A program made the translations under genes and the position numbers. A model generated the notes under the pieces. The model worked only from the letters and a program-made list of their open reading frames with translations. It searched no databases and had not been told where the DNA came from. A stretch of DNA of 63,324 bases, the filler included, from Choristocarpus tenellus KU-1152 (lineage: Eukaryota > Protista > Phaeophyceae): the NCBI GenBank assembly GCA_964200185.2. It is 11 parts of 11 records of this genome, joined end to end, with 100 filler letters (N's around TTAATTAATTAA, not from the genome) between each part and the next. Parts side by side here need not be neighbours in the genome. Positions count along the whole stretch, not along the records: positions 58,382 to 63,324 come from CAXNAD020012437.1; 10 more parts are not named here. One strand, written 5' to 3'. Of this stretch, positions 61,613-63,324 are shown in pieces; position 1 is the first letter of the stretch, and each line of letters begins with the position of its first letter.

Positions 61613-63324
61613 GTGTTGTGGCCAGGGGAGATAGCCAACCTCTAACGCCTAAGCCTCGATTATCAGGTCCCGTGTGACAATCTTGTAGGGCTGACAGTAT
61701 TCCTGAGAGTGTGGCATCAGCTGTTTCCTTAAGTAACATCTGTGCTACACCTAGACTCGGTTCGTCATGTGGGGAAGGAGTACACTCTAGTTCTGAATCT
61801 ACTGACGCACAGAGAGAGCAAGGGGACAGTGTGGGGTGCCCTGGGCTTAGGTCTGATGTACCTAAATCTTGCAAACACACACCATCTAATACAGGTCCTC
61901 GTGGTCCAGCGTAGTTCTTGCTACAAGCGACTGATGGATCAACAGGAAAAGAATCGTCGATATCCAAACCTTGATCTGAGGGTGAGGAAAGTCGTGACAG
62001 TCCATCTGGTAGTTGGTGCTTCGAAACGGCTCGCCACTTAAGTTCCATATCGTGGTCCATAAGACGGAGGGCCCACCTGTGGAGCTTGGGGCTAAGTTCA
62101 CGACTCTTGAAGAGCCAAGTCAGCGCGGAACAGTCAGTGACTAAGGTGAATTCCCTACCCCAAATGTAGGAGCGGAAGTGTTCTACAGCCCACAAGATAG
62201 CCATGCATTCCCTTTCAGTGGGTGCTCTCCTACTGTCTGATTTAGACCATCTATGGCTAGCATAAGCTATGACATGTTCTTGGTCATCATCCTGTACCTG
62301 GGTTAGGGTTGCTCCAGCCCCTTCCTCACTAGCATCTGTATGGAGAAGGAACTTCTTATCCCAGTCGGGAAAGACTAGGATTGGTGGAGAGACCAGACGC
62401 ACCTTAAGTTCTTCAAAGGCTTTCTGCTCCTCTGGTCCCCAAGGAATACCCTTCTTCCTATCTCTTTTGGAGGCATACCCTTTGTTCCGGAGGATGTTAG
62501 TCAGAGGTGCAGCTACTTGGCCATAGTTCGGAACAAACTGGCGCATGTATCCTGTCATGCCTAGGAACCTTCGTAACTGCTCAACTGTAGATGGGGGATC
62601 AAAATTTGCTACTGCTATCATTCTTGATGGAGCAGGACCTCAGCCGTCTCTTCCTATCTTCATTTCTACAAATTCTTGTGAGGGCATGCACCACGAGGAT
62701 TTGGGAAAGTTCACAGACAGGCCATATTGCTTGAGTCTAGTAAGAAGGAGGCGAAGTTTGGTCATGTGTTCATCAAATGATCAGCTATAGCAAAAAAGAT
62801 CGTCTAGCCAGTTTTCCAAACCGTTTCCTTTGAGATCTCCTAATGCCTCTCTCATGTAACTAGAGATCACTGCAGGTAAGATTTTCAACCGAAAGCCACA
62901 CCTGTTATATTTCCAAAGTTGTCCATGAGCGTCACGAAAGGCTGTCTTATGTTTGTCTACCTCTGCAATTTCTAGTTGAAAAGAATCCCGATGCTAGATC
63001 TATGGCAGTGAAATAGCTAGAACCCTTAAGCTTATCAAAGATGCTGGCGATGTTTCCGAGACCTCCACTATCACTTCGTGAGAGGTCATTCAGCATCCTA
63101 TAGTCTGTGCACAACCTCAGGGTCCCATCTTTTTTACGTACTGCTACGACTGCTGCTGCCCATGCTGAGTTAGAGGGTCTGATAATACCACGTTCCTGTA
63201 ACTGCTTTACCTCAGCTTGAATCATCTGCGTTTCTTCAGGGGAAAAGCGCCTCTGTTTCGCTGCATAGGGTGTGCAGTTTTCGTCTAATAGTGGTATATG
63301 CAATACTCCTCTAGAGCAGGGGGG
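61536..63324 (-). mobile_element. Ty3/gypsy LTR-retrotransposon pol (RT + RNase H), pseudogenised
   Basis: RT: IIRPSNSAW...VRKKDGTLRLCTDYRMLN...IDLASGFF, a +1 frameshift near 62980, QLEIAEVDKHKTAF...NWLDD, two in-frame TGA. Connection LRRFLGMTGYMRQFVPNY. RNase H LHTDASEEGAGATL...IAYAS...ERECMAILWAVEHFRSY..GREFTLVTDC..L...RWAL. No integrase seen. Confidence 0.95.

Overview
Eukaryotic nuclear DNA, not prokaryotic. The window is 11 short, unrelated contigs joined by artificial 100-nt linkers (44 N + TTAATTAATTAA + 44 N), so adjacency across linkers means nothing. The source is inferred to be a photosynthetic stramenopile, probably brown-alga-like: long GT-AG introns, short exons, a DUF1499 exon and many interstitial TTAGGG tracts. 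Hand-spliced partial host genes: NDUFV1 (complex I 51-kDa subunit, 3 exons); a head-to-head pair of U2SURP/SR140 and a UBA-like (probably UBX-family) gene; a PHD-finger protein whose finger is split by a 5.1-kb intron; a coiled-coil protein (4 phase-0 exons); and one DUF1499 exon. Most of the rest is decayed mobile DNA: Ty3/gypsy pol with a WLDD RT motif, a Ty1/copia RT remnant, a CRE-like non-LTR RT fragment, an intron-containing Sola2-like transposase, a DD39D-like mariner, an LTR family with a tRNA-Gln primer-binding site, and two MITE families. The most unusual item is a ~330-bp structured element with a tRNA-like head and a 39-bp terminal fold-back, which also forms a tandem/inverted cluster. 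I found no CRISPR array, rRNA or intact tRNA, and no complete new multi-gene system can be demonstrated from this window. All family assignments come from recalled motifs, not database searches.
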